From Perkinsus chesapeaki ATCC PRA-425 (taxonomy: Eukaryota; Protista; Perkinsozoa): DNA of 51,871 nt. The notes below the pieces were generated by a model, which saw only the letters and a list, made by a program, of their open reading frames with translations, was not told the DNA's origin and did no database searches. The translations under genes and the position numbers were made by a program. Each line of letters begins with the position of its first letter. The first letter of the stretch is position 1. The DNA lies in NCBI GenBank assembly GCA_013115145.1, contig JAAPAO010000215.1, positions 1-51,871 on the forward strand. The letters are read 5' to 3'. Shown here piece after piece: positions 23,141 to 34,967 of the stretch.

Positions 23141-24664
23141 TCACATAGTATTTCGGCGATAAAATCCCCGTTCGTATTCCTCCAGTGTCATCTCATCCAC
23201 CTGAAAATCATACCGCTCTCTCATTTACGTCACGAAATTTTTAGCTTATTACCCTCATAACATCTTTACTAACTTTAGGATAATTATAGGTCTTATTGAT
23301 AACAGTGCTATCATTCTTCCATAACTTGTTTTGTACAGGTGTGGCCCATGTACCAGGGCTGGGATATCTAACCAAAGGCTGCCTTGCCGAGCCGGCCTCA
23401 TCCGCTCACTCTGTGCAGTTGCTGCCCGGTGTAGCTGTAGTCGCTGTTCGACTTGAAGTACCCGTTATATTACCACCGCACGAGTAGTTGGCAGCTAGCC
23501 AGGGGTGGGTCTTCGACAGGGGTATACGTATCTTATTGGAGAGACAGACTTGGTCAGAGGTGAAAAATAATAACACAATGGAGACAAAAAGGCATCTTAA
23601 TGGAGATCGAACAACCCAAACTTTAATGAATGTATTTACGTTTTAAGTATAATAAGAACAATATAAGTTTTATTCGACGATGCTGATTAGGAATGTAGAC
23701 TATAACAACTAAGTAGTCGCCTACAGTCAAGAGTGACATCATTTGTGTCCTTCATAAGGACCCCATCTACGTCTATTCGAATACCTACTCCCCATTATTA
23801 CTACCTTGGCCTCCTCAAAATCCCTTTTACTAACTCCAGCGCATACCAGTCTACCGTGCCGATAGACATGTTGGCCTGCTAACCTTCGCTGATCGGCCAG
23901 TTTACTCATCGATCGTAATATCTCCTTAGTTTCACGTACCCCATATGACCGGCCCTACAACGACACCAAATCATGTCACCCGCTGGGCCCGGAGTACTAC
24001 CTCCTTGTGGCAATTTCGTGGCGCGCAGTCGAGAGACCTGTTTGTCATACTGCGCTCTGAGTTTATGATCGATGACCGAGATGTCTAAGCGCCACTAGTG
24101 CCGAGTATTATTTCCTATCTAGCTACCTTGAGCAAGCCACGGTCAGAGATTCTAGGTACGAACGTGCGTGACGGAGCAGCTCGGCCATCAACTGGGAAAT
24201 CACCGTACGGTCCATCACCAGCGGCAGCCCCTTTATGCCCATCAAACGTTACCTACAAGAGTTCTCCAGATACCCCTATACACGTCTTAATAATATTACG
24301 CTCCGTACGACCTGAGGTGCTTTCTTTCTATTATCGGCTCGAAGGCTTGGACGCCGGCTCTGTGTGGGCGCCAATGTCGGGCGATAAGCGCTGGGAGAGC
24401 CATACACGGTATTCCGGCCGCCGCATATTAGATTAGAAAACCAGCGTGTGAACCGAGACCTGGTCTCGGGGACCTTCTTATCGTCGATAACGTCGATATT
24501 ATAGTCTAATACGACACTTGGTGGGTGGTCAGCTGGTGCTACTACTAGCCTTTCTGAGACATTATCAACTGAGCAATGGGGAGCGCTATGCCTAATAGAG
24601 ATAAAGTATAAATGTGTATATATCAATGCAATCACCTGTGCGAACTCCTCCAAGCTAACGGCAT
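23141..24664 (-). CDS. Hypothetical protein, multi-exon, boundaries approximate
   Basis: Consecutive open exons flanked by GT/AG (SVDNVSERLVVAP..., VTFDGHKGAAAGDGPYGDF..., WRLDISVIDHKLRAQYDKQ, RLVCAGVSKRDFEEAK). No family recognised. Confidence 0.4.
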
Positions 24665-24911
24665 TATAAGGCAACTGTAGAAAGTAAAGTGTTACAATAC
24701 TTGAGACAACATCTTGCTAATCTTGCATCTCCTCAACGATTTCTGCGCAAGATTATCGGCGACCGCCTCGAGCCCCGATTTCCACTGTACATTAACTGCA
24801 CTGTTATTTTTGAACGTTTCTAAACGTAGATCCGTGCAATAGCTCTCGCAGCATTCAGTATAGCAGCAAAGTACGATTTGTTTTTCAGTTCTTATCAAGC
24901 CTCTTGGTTTA

Positions 24912-25583
24912 ATGCAAGCTTCTTCTTCTCCTACTGGTGGTGGTTATCCGGCCCCTATGGCTCAGCCATTCTTCGATCATCAGTCTGTAATGGTAACATG
25001 CCCTAATTGCAAAACACAGGGCCCTACTAGAGTCTGGCATAGGATAAATGTTGGTAAGGGGGACTCGGGATAGAATAATAATCGATAATTACTAAACTAT
25101 CCTCACTGCTCCCCACAACACAATTTCCATGCAGTCTGCTCCAGCCGTTGTGTGAGCGTGCTAAGTAGACAGATCCACCAGAAATAGCTATGAGCTCATC
25201 TTTATATGAACAGCTACGCTCGTACTGGGGCCCTTTGGAGAAGTCGGCTTTTGTTTGACGGTGTGGGATATTTACATAGAACCTTACTCTCTTGATCTCA
25301 TTCGCCGAACCTATTACAGTTTGCCCTTTGCTCAGGTTCACTAGTGGCCATGGTAGTCATAGCTGTGGTATTCTTCCCTCTTTTCTGGCTACCTCTGGTC
25401 TGCCAAAGCTGCCAGTCAGCGGAGCACCATTGCTCAACGTGCAATTACAAAGTTGGGCAGAAATGCTTCCTACTAGATGACAGCCAGGATCATCCTGCCT
25501 ATGTCCAGCCCTCTACGTACACATATGGAACCACTCCTTCTCCTCCTCCCCCTCAAGTCCCTTCACACACGGCGAAGGAGTAA
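24912..25583 (+). CDS. LITAF-domain protein 1 of 7
   Basis: VTCPNCKTQGPT; intron 25054-25335; GSLVAMVVIAVVFFPLFWLPLVCQSCQSAEHHCSTC; Pro-rich tail. Confidence 0.9.
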
Positions 25584-25656
25584 TATCATTGAACCTGCTG
25601 TCAATACACAACCAATAGATTGGCGTTATCAATACTCTTCTCCGGACTAGGGGGGC

Positions 25657-26418
25657 ATGCTTTGGAGACATCCAGGAGATCATTCTCTCAGTAGTAGCCA
25701 TGCATTTACCATTGGCCATCAACACGTACTGACGGAAACAGCTAAGCCTGTTAGCTCATTCGTTCCTACTTACATGCAACCAGTCATTGGTGGGCTCCCA
25801 GCCCCGCCGGTGATGACGCCGCTCTTCTTCGGCGATGATCCTGTAGTGGTGGTGTGTCCCAACTGCGGTAATCAAGGGCCAACTCGAACTCGGCATACGA
25901 TAGGAATCGGTAAGGTAAACTTTTACATGATAACTGCCGATCGTTTGCATTATTTGACCTGTTCGCTCTAATTAAACGGGCCCGAGAAGAGTGGCTTCTG
26001 GATTCGTGCACTCGGTAGGGAGTGGGTGGTATGTGACTAGTGCCATCACCGTAGATGCAAAGATAAGGCTTCTTGGTCAGGTTCCTGGGCGTTTATGTTG
26101 CTTATAGCTGTTGTCTTCTGCCCTCTGTTTTGGTTACCTCTGGTATGCCATAGCTGCCAATCGATTGAGCATTGCTGTATGTCATGCAACTATAAGATGG
26201 GCGAGAAACCATTCTTCCTGGCCGACACACCTCAGCCTGCGAATGGCCGTCCGACAGTGATAAACATCAACGGGCCTCCCTCCAATGCACCTCCATATGC
26301 CCCTAATGCTTACCCTACTGCACCGCCGTATGCTTACGTTGATTCATCAAGTGCTTTTGCTCACGCACCCCCTGTTCAACCGGTCTGTGGCCTTTCTGTT
26401 TACCGGGGCCCTGATTAG
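25657..26418 (+). CDS. LITAF-domain protein 2 of 7
   Basis: VVCPNCGNQGPT; intron 25910-26080; FCPLFWLPLVCHSCQSIEHCCMSC; Pro/Tyr tail containing PTAP. Confidence 0.9.
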
Positions 26419-26520
26419 TTGGACAAGTGGAATGGAACCCATGATGGCACCATTTTACGCTGTTAGGCGCTTAATGAGTAGAGTTAACAATATCAGGATG
26501 AAGCAGTTTGATCTGTTCAT

Positions 26521-27200
26521 ATGGCAGCATCACAGAATTACATGCCCCTCACTGGGAGTGTGGCGGAGGCGGCGGTAGCATCCTCCACTGCCCAGCCACC
26601 AGTACCGCTGGCTGTCTGCTACTTTGACCATACCCCCACGGTCATCCGATGCCCCTACTGTCATTATACTGGCCCTACACAAGTAGAGCATAAGGTTGGC
26701 TCTGGTAAGGGAATATCTTCCAGTCCCTGTGGTTGTGTATAATACTACTCACTCCACATTATTTGCGAATCATAATAATAAGTAACACAGTAGAAGCAAC
26801 TCATGGCTATTTATATTGACTTCTCAAACGATACAGTTTCCACCAGTTCCCTTTGAATGTATTTTAACCACGAGGACGGCACCAACGCTTGGTCTAATAA
26901 TGTTATCTATTACAAATTTCAATCTTACTATGTCTATGTAACGTACGACTTGCGTAACCGGCTTCATAGTAATATGCTCGTTTCTGATACATTTGACCTT
27001 TTAAAGTCACGTGAGGTGTTCTGAAACAAATTTCACTGCATGACGGTGCTTGCTCAGGTACTTGGCTCTGCGTCGCTATAATAGCTATGGTATTCTTCCC
27101 CTTGGCTTGGGTACCACTGTGCTGTAAAGACTGTCAACAAGCCGATCATACATGCCCAAACTGCAACCTTAAGGTTGGTCAGAAATTATTCATTACTTAA
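26521..27200 (+). CDS. LITAF-domain protein 3 of 7
   Basis: IRCPYCHYTGPT; intron 26705-27057; FFPLAWVPLCCKDCQQADHTCPNC...LFIT*. Confidence 0.9.
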
Positions 27201-27302
27201 TAGCATCTAACCGTGTCACCATTAATTAGTTGTCATTCTCTGCTCTGTTGTGTTCTGCGCTGATGTGGCTATGATGTGAGTCAGCTCTAGTTCATTTGGC
27301 TC

Positions 27303-27660
27303 ATGTCCAGTGAGGAGTCCAAGCCCCTTAGTTCCGAGCCAGCAGCGCCGCCTCTCCTTCCCCCGGCCCCTATGGCCGGAGCTTACTTTGACCATGATCC
27401 TGCTACTATTACGTGTCCGTATTGCAGACATACTGGCCCCACCAAAGTCAACCACAACATCAGTCTTGGTGAGCAAGCTCCCTCGCAACTGTTCCACAGT
27501 TTTGGCGTTGTTAGGTACGTGGATTTGTGTTATCATTCTGGCCATCATATTCTTTCCTGTTGCATGGATTCCATGCTGCTGCAAAGCCTGCCAGCAGGCT
27601 GATCATAGATGCGTCAAATGCAACGTCAAAGTCGGCGAGAAAGTTTTCATAACACGATAG
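27303..27660 (+). CDS. LITAF-domain protein 4 of 7
   Basis: ITCPYCRHTGPT; intron 27469-27514; FFPVAWIPCCCKACQQADHRCVKC...VFITR*. Confidence 0.92.
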
Positions 27661-27772
27661 TTCGATGCCTTCAGCATGTTTTAGATAGGTTGCATTTGTT
27701 GACTGTTTCTATTTTGCGTTGGCCACACAGGGAGCGTGCTCCTAGCAGTTTCAGCGCAAGCCCTTCTGAATT

Positions 27773-28122
27773 ATGTCTGACGAGGAACAGAAAGCCTTCG
27801 TTGAGTCCCAGGCACCGATCGCCCCTGCTCCGATGGCCAACGTTTACTTCTCTGACGAGCCCATGCCGGTCACTTGCCCCTATTGTAAGGCCACCACTAC
27901 CACTATGGTCGAGCATAAGGTCAGCGCTGGTAGGTTCCTGGAGGGCCTCTGCCTCGTTGCTTAACTGGTTTGTCAGGTTCGTGGATTTGCGTGGCCATTC
28001 TTGTCCTGCTCTGCTTCCCCCTGGCATGGATACCTTGCTGCTGCGACTCCTGCCAGCAGGCTGATCATCGTTGTGGCAACTGTCACCAGAAGGTTGGTGA
28101 AAAGGTCTTCATCACCAGCTAG
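27773..28122 (+). CDS. LITAF-domain protein 5 of 7
   Basis: VTCPYCKATTTT; intron 27930-27976; CFPLAWIPCCCDSCQQADHRCGNC...VFITS*. Confidence 0.92.
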
Positions 28123-28240
28123 GAGATCGATATCGACGGCAAACGTCGATATCTTCAAGTTGTACCCGAACATGTCTGTGTTGTTATTGTAACCGTAGCT
28201 TGGTTTTTAATTGCCATACAATTCATATCAGCTTCCTTTA

Positions 28241-28703
28241 ATGACAGCACCGGATTCTTACGGCACCGAGCAGCCACTGGCTCCCGTAGCCTCCGTCGAT
28301 CTTGGACACTCCCCTGACTATGTTGAATGTTCACGTTGTGGCCATAAGGGGCTTTCAATTGTAGAGCACCGCAGCTCTTGTGGTAAGCATCATCACATCT
28401 ATACAGTATAAAGGAATATGTGAGGATAGACTTTACGTACCTCTACTCGCTTCTGAACTGTTACGCCCCCACCGACTCCAACGGCCGTGCTCGATTGACC
28501 AGGCCGGGCTTGCTGTGAATCCCTCGAATGAGGCATCGCACTTATTTTCGTTATTAGGTACTTTCATTTGCTCCTGTCTGCTACTTATCCTATTCTGCCC
28601 GGTGTTTTGGGTACCATTCTTCTGCCATAGCTGCCAGGAGGCCGATCACGTTTGCGCATCTTGCGGTGAACAAGTCGGGAAGAAAGTGTTCATTACTGAG
28701 TGA
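28241..28703 (+). CDS. LITAF-domain protein 6 of 7
   Basis: VECSRCGHKGLS; intron 28383-28557; FCPVFWVPFFCHSCQEADHVCASC...VFITE*. Confidence 0.9.
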
Positions 28704-28833
28704 TGATGGAGACAACAACTGCCTTCCTAAATCTTCAATGACTCATGTAGATGTTATGATGACGAACTTGTTGTGAATGGCATGGGTTTGAGTTTCGGGA
28801 TTAAGAAAAGTGAATACGTGCTCAGTTTCCACA

Positions 28834-29624
28834 ATGGATTCACATGATAATGAGCCGGCCTCAGTTAAGCAGTCTAAGGGAAGGTACCGCAGTAGACGGT
28901 CCAGAAAGCGTCAAGAAAGCCAGGGGACCGAGCAAGAGGAGGAGCCAGCCAACTCGGGCGACGAACTAGCCGTGGACGATGCCGTGCAGGGCGAGGCTCC
29001 TAGCCTTTGGCAAGCAGTAGCTGATGAACCGGAGACCGTCACAGTGGAACCAGGTGACCAGGGCAAGACCGTGACCGATGATGAAGTCGCTGACGATTCT
29101 GAGAAAGCAAAGTCGGACCCTGAAGAATCCAGGGAGCTGCGAGTGCACATTGAAGGGCTGGTGCCTCGAGACTTTCACGTCAAGAGCGAAGACGACGACG
29201 ACGATGAGGTTATTGAATTACACAGCGATGTTGTTGACCGAAAGGAGCCTGCTGGGGCGCCGACCGACCGAGAAGGTGAAGCTACGAAGCTTCTGGCCAC
29301 AGAGCATGCTATCTACGGTGCGTTTAAGGATGATATCTTCCCCCGGACAGAACCTGGTCACGAGCCCTTTGACCTCAAATGTCCGGTGTGCGGCCACTCG
29401 GGGTCGAGCGTTGTGACTCATGAACGTTCTTGTGGTGAGTCTTGGTGTGCTCGGGGAATAGAGAATTTAGTTATTCAGGTACGTACATTTGCATGGCCAT
29501 TTTGCTGGTGTTGTTCTTCCCACTGTGCTGGCTGCCTCTCTGCTGCGAGAGCTGCCAGGAGGCCACTCACCGGTGTGAGCACTGCGAGGCCTTCGTTGGT
29601 GAACAAGTGTTCATCACAAAGTAA
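28834..29624 (+). CDS. LITAF-domain protein 7 of 7, with long acidic N-terminal extension
   Basis: About 170 aa basic-then-acidic N-terminus; LKCPVCGHSGSS; intron 29435-29478; FFPLCWLPLCCESCQEATHRCEHC...VFITK*. Confidence 0.9.
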
Positions 29625-29742
29625 CCTTATTGTACCGCATGAGATCATGCTGAGCTTTTAAGCTGCTTGTCCTTTCATCGCGTCTTGTGTTGCTGACAGC
29701 CTGAGGCTCTTTTAAGTTGACTTATTATTAAATTAATATTCC

Positions 29743-32700
29743 ATGACATCTAAGGTGGAGCTCCCTAGTCTCCCCGGATACCAACCCCAGGTCGGTGGCA
29801 CTTTCTGTGCACGCTCCTCTCCCCTTTTGACGTTTTTTTTATAATGTTCGATCATTATCATTATGGTCAGGTTAAGAAGACGAGTTACCATCTCCATCAG
29901 ACTTGGGGGTTTAACAATGGTCAGTGTATAGAGAAGAGCTTATCGACACGAGAAAGACCGAAGCTTGTAGAGGTAAGGAGAACAACAACACGGGTATCAG
30001 AAAATTTACTCTGCTGCGATCGGCTATTTGCGTGTTGTAAAGAATCCTTGAAAAGGCGACACTAACAGTGTCTGTGAACGATGACCCGTTATAGAATTGA
30101 GCATTGCGTATCACTTTGTGCGTAGCTACTAGGAAAACGAAGACTACGAAGTGCTTCTCGTCTCAGGTCCCGAAGGCCCCAGAGGGATGGCGTGATGGCG
30201 ATACAATACCCAGGTCCACCACACGCGATGTCTTCGTCGCACCGAACGGTGCCACGGAGACCGAACAACTTCCAGCCTGGGATGCACTCGACCGTCATGT
30301 GTTGAGGTAAGGAAGACATATAGTCTTATTAAGATATAACAGGAGCATGCTCCTACTGTGTGACTCGGAACTGATACTTAATCCGGAGTCAGTGATTAAA
30401 GACATATCGTTGTTCACACCGTATACCGTTTCACGACGATTTAGGAAGGCTCGAATCCAGGCTTCACCTGTCGAAAGCTGAGCGTTCACCAAGCACTTGT
30501 TGTATTTTCGTAGATACTTTGGCTACTATAAGGAAGGCGTGGTGGAATCCAACCTAGAAAACTATCGGATCAGACCGTGCACTCTCTACTACTATCTCGG
30601 TAACCTGGCGACTATCCGTTGATCTTACCTATGTTATTTGTAGAGGATGACACTATGCATGTCAGCGAGCCGCGGGAAGATAATAGCGGTCTCAGTCAAG
30701 GGAAACTCCTCAAGCGTCACAGGTAGGCAGCAGCAGCGGACAGTGTGAAGACATGCCGGCTTTTCTCTTAGGATTCCTCGAGGTGACGGCAGCGGTTATA
30801 TAACTACTGCTGATATGGTGAGTCGTCCTGATAGTGTCTCTGTCTTACTCATTGTGTCTCAGAGAATCGGCGAGGGTATCAAAATATATGGTAGAGTTAT
30901 ACAGATAACAGCGGTTGACGGTTTTACCAGAAGTTACTACGAGAACGTAGGCAGGCGTTTGGTGGATATGTGCTTGGTATGGAGCGAACAGGTCTTGGCC
31001 ACGCCATTGGCTGATAATTTGGAAATACCAGAAGATACCTTCGCCCATACAAAGAAAGAGGCGAAAGTCGCAGGGGCAGCGATGGCACGTAAACCCGCAC
31101 AAGTTCGAATCCCAGCGTGGGCATATTCTGTTCTGATAGGCAATTATGAGAAGGTATATCGAGAAGTGATGCTCGGTGGTGGCCAGGCCAACGAGCGTAT
31201 GCAGCAATTCCTGGAGAAGGACAGAAAGGTAAACCAAACTGAGTGTAGACGAACTACCGTGGTCGATGCGCCGCAATCCTCAGGTCTGTCGCTTCTACGC
31301 TGTGATGGATGACCTTAGCACCGAGCAATACGAGAGAAGGCCTTTCACTATCTTTTACTTCCTCAGCGATGATACAATTGAGATTCGAGAACAGTAAGCT
31401 TATTGCTTCATATGCCTAGGCCTCCAACTGACCTCTAGATACCCCTTAAACTGCGGCCGAGATAACTTCCCAATATTCTTCAAGCGCGGCCGTGTGGCGA
31501 AAGGTTAGCCCTCGCCTAGTTCCGTGGCGTCCAATGCAGCTGTATGCAGATTCTATGCCTGTACTTGGCCCATCAGACCCTCTTCCCTCCCCTGGCTCCT
31601 ATTATAAGGCTGAAGACCTCTATGTCGGGCAAACCATCCGTTTGGTGAGTTCTGCCATGCTTCCCTTTATCTCCGGTTAGAAGGTCGCTTCAAGTTTGCG
31701 CCTTAAATTGTTTTGTGTGCTTCGCAAAATCAAACCTGCGCCAAATTTCGGCTCTGTTTGTTTGGTGCCAGACGGCTCGCACAATCTGTTTCCTCTCAGT
31801 TAAATAACGATCTCTTCATCTACGATGCGGATGCCTTCACAAGGGAGTACTTCAAGACCATTGGCAGTACGCTGGCCCGGAAGCCGTCTTCCTTCTTCCT
31901 CACTATTTGGTCTCAGTCGAGCTGGCTCCGAAGCGTGATGTTCGGTTACCAGAAAAGATAGTCCCCCGACCACCGACGCCACCGTACACTGGCTATGGCT
32001 CTTGGGATGACTCCATGGGATCGGTTTTAAACCTTGTCCCAAAGGTGCCGAAGAAGGACATGCAGAAGCTGATGCTCAATGAGGGTAGGTGCCTAACTGA
32101 TAGATACGTCTGCGGGATATCCTCGATCTCAGGGAAGATTCTGCGTTTTCTGGCTGTGTTCTCGAATCCGGAGCCAGAAGACGTCAACAGAAGGTCCGCA
32201 ATGTGGGCGAGCTCGCTGCGAAAAACTGAACCTCTTTAGGTTCGTGTTTAACTATCATCTATTTGACGATACTTTGTCCATACATGAGCCACCCCAAAGG
32301 AATCTGGGCATCGTCACCGGCAAGTTCCTGGAGAAGGGCGTCCATCTCAATGAAGCGACAGGTGAGCACCTTGCTGCCTCGACTAGTCCCCAGTTGCTCC
32401 CTCAGGTCGTCTCGTGAACCCCCTCGACCTGGTGCCTGGGAAGACTGTGGTTGTCTTCAATCACAGTTTCGTAATCACTGGCTGTGATCAGTAGGTCCTT
32501 ATTAAGTAATACCTCTGTTATCACCTTGTTTAGCTACACCTGTAAATACTTTGCAAAGACGTATCCGGACATAGAGATGAAGGCTGTAGACGAAGAGGGC
32601 ATGGATATCTCCAGCTCATTGGTGCCGGATGAAGAGTAAGCCTCAAGTCCATCTTGACACGTTTGATGCCTTATCAGGTCTGACCTTCGGGCGATCCTCG

Positions 32701-33569
32701 CGAAGCTCCGTGAAGCGTTGCTGCAGCAGTTCCCTCTAGTTCGGGATGTATTCCGTCGCTTCGATCGTGATCACAATGGAGTCCTAACTTGTAAGTCACC
32801 ACGGCCCGTTGTTTGCCTGTTACCTTTTTATCAGTGGCCGAGATCCGAGAAGTTCTATTCAAGTTCGGCTTCCAGCTCACCGAGGCCGACGCCCTCGCCA
32901 TTATGCGGGCGTTTGATACCAACAAGGACGGTCACATTTCGTAGGGCGAATCTACCAAATCGCCTCTCGACTATTTCGTCTGTATGGCTCAGGTACAATG
33001 AATTTTGTGATGCTATCCTCGAGCCGGACTATAAAGGATACGAAGGGGAGGCTCAGCCAAAGGCGCCATCGATTGTTAAGGAGGACAAGGGATACGCCGC
33101 TGCAGCAGCTTGTAGAGTAAGGAAGCTGACGCTTGGCGAGCTGGACGATTTCTGATTAGTCCTTGGAGGCTGCTGAGACCGCGAAGGTTCGACGCTCCGT
33201 TCGAGAGGTTGGCGATGTGTTCTATAAGCATCCGACGATGTCTCATAGGCTCATCAAGGAGCTCAGCAGTAAGACTCTATCGAGGGATCGCTTGGATAGG
33301 GTTCTATGCTCAGGGGTATCCAACAACCAGAGGACCGACACGAACCAGATCCGACTTGCTCTGTTGCGGCTAGGATTCCCGTTTGACCAGGACGATATTG
33401 ATCGATGTGTTTGGTAAGCGCTCGCTGGTCCCGATGCCTTAAGAGCGTGATTTTCAGTTTCGTGATGACCCCTGACAACAATGAGCATCTCGATCTTTGC
33501 CAAGTGAAGTTCGTGGACTTTGTCAAGGCTGTTGTAGCTTCTTATCACGATCTCAACGCACCAAGATAG
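29743..33569 (+). CDS. EFHC1/2 / Rib72-like axonemal protein (DM10 repeats plus C-terminal EF-hands), multi-exon
   Basis: [104 protein letters not shown]; EF-hands FRRFDRDHNGVLT and AFDTNKDGHISYNEF; last exon ends SYHDLNAPR*. Confidence 0.9.
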
Positions 33570-33849
33570 GTTCCGCAGTGAGCGAGTTTTTCGGCAGGCA
33601 TGCCCAGCTCGTTTTGATAAGTATAACATCTGTTCCTTGTTGGTCGTTAGCATGACTATTACCATGCAGCTTGTTGTCATGTGCCAGCCGTTGCGTTAAC
33701 CAGTCGTGTACACTGTGAACCACACAGCTCTACGATTCCGTCTTCGTCACAACTACTGCCTTCGGCGGAAACTCGAGCTGCCTTCCCGATTCCGGGATGT
33801 TAGCTCGGCACGGTTTCAAAGGGCTAACCGGTGGTATTTGAATTGTTAG

Positions 33850-34000
33850 AATTGTTCATCGCGGCGGTGGTGCGGTAAAATGCCTCGAGATGCTAATGAA
33901 TACTCTATAATAATAATTAATCTAATAATAGTCTGATACAACAACAGCGCTCATTCGCAGCAAGCTCATTGATCGGTTTTCCGTAGACCCTGCACAGTTC
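33850..34000 (+). pseudogene. Disrupted copy of the ubiquitin-like gene (paralog of 37207-37992)
   Basis: GTTCATCGCGGCGGTGGTGCGG...ATGAAT and GTCTGATACAACA...CTCATTCG match exon 1 of the 37207 gene, but an approximately 30-nt AT-rich insert with in-frame stops splits them. Confidence 0.65.
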
Positions 34001-34967
34001 TGGCGATACTTCCAGGCATGCCAGTCCCCGCGGCCCGGAGTCTTTGCCGGAGTTGATCTTCGCGAGACAGTGTCACTGTCTCAAGTTGAGACTCTCAGGC
34101 CTCCTTCTTGGTATCGATTCCGTCGATAGCAGATCCTTGAAGGATCATCCTTCTCCGATAAAACCGTAATAGTTTCCCTTCTTTAGATTTCTGGCTCAGC
34201 AGGTCGACCTTGCTAATTTCGCAGTGCGTTGCATACTGTACGCAGTGCTTTAATACTGTAGTTATACTGTGTACTGTCATAATGTATCTGCCTTCTGGGC
34301 TGTCTTCTACTGTGAGAGCCTGGTGTCTACTTCAGTCTGACCCTTTATACTGTTAAATGGACCCAGTAAGACATTCAAAGGTTGGGTAGACCATGAACCG
34401 TGTGGGTCATAAAAAGAGAATGGCTAGTGAATCTAAAAAATGCCGGGCTTATCGAAACCCTAGTGAATAATTAACTCTATCTGGAAATCCTGCAGGCTCT
34501 GGTGGTGGGGCGTCTTAGGCGGGAGCGCAGTGTCAGAGGAAGCCGAGTTTTGCATTGTTTATTCCTCGATCCTTAGTACCGAATCGCAGATCAGGTATTG
34601 TAACCCGATCCGCGATGCAATATCATTTTAACCTCATTCCGATTCAGATTAATGCGTATTCACAATTTGAGCCACCTACAGCCCTAAAGGCTCCGGGAGC
34701 CTCCGCCGAAAGGTCGTCCGCAGCCCAAGAGGTGTTCATTATTCCTCACTATCTCGTCAATTTCATGCTGCGGTGATGGCATTTGAATTACCGGCACCTT
34801 CTTTGTGTTGTATATCGAGTTCTGGTCTCCAATATTTCTTATGGGAGCTATTCCGCTCCATCGTCGAGGCACTAGGAAACATGTTACGGAGTTGGTCCGC
34901 ATGGGGGCGCAAGGCGCGATAGGCAGTTCCGCCCCAGCCAAGTAAAATATCGAGTTGGCTCAGAGGT

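Noticed and set aside
33243-33680. Antisense ORFs 33243-33680 and 36808-37038 that resemble each other (IRSYNSLDKV / IRSFNSLDKV)
   Set aside because: They are the reverse strand of the EFHC last exon and its remnant; substitutions are mostly synonymous in the plus frame.
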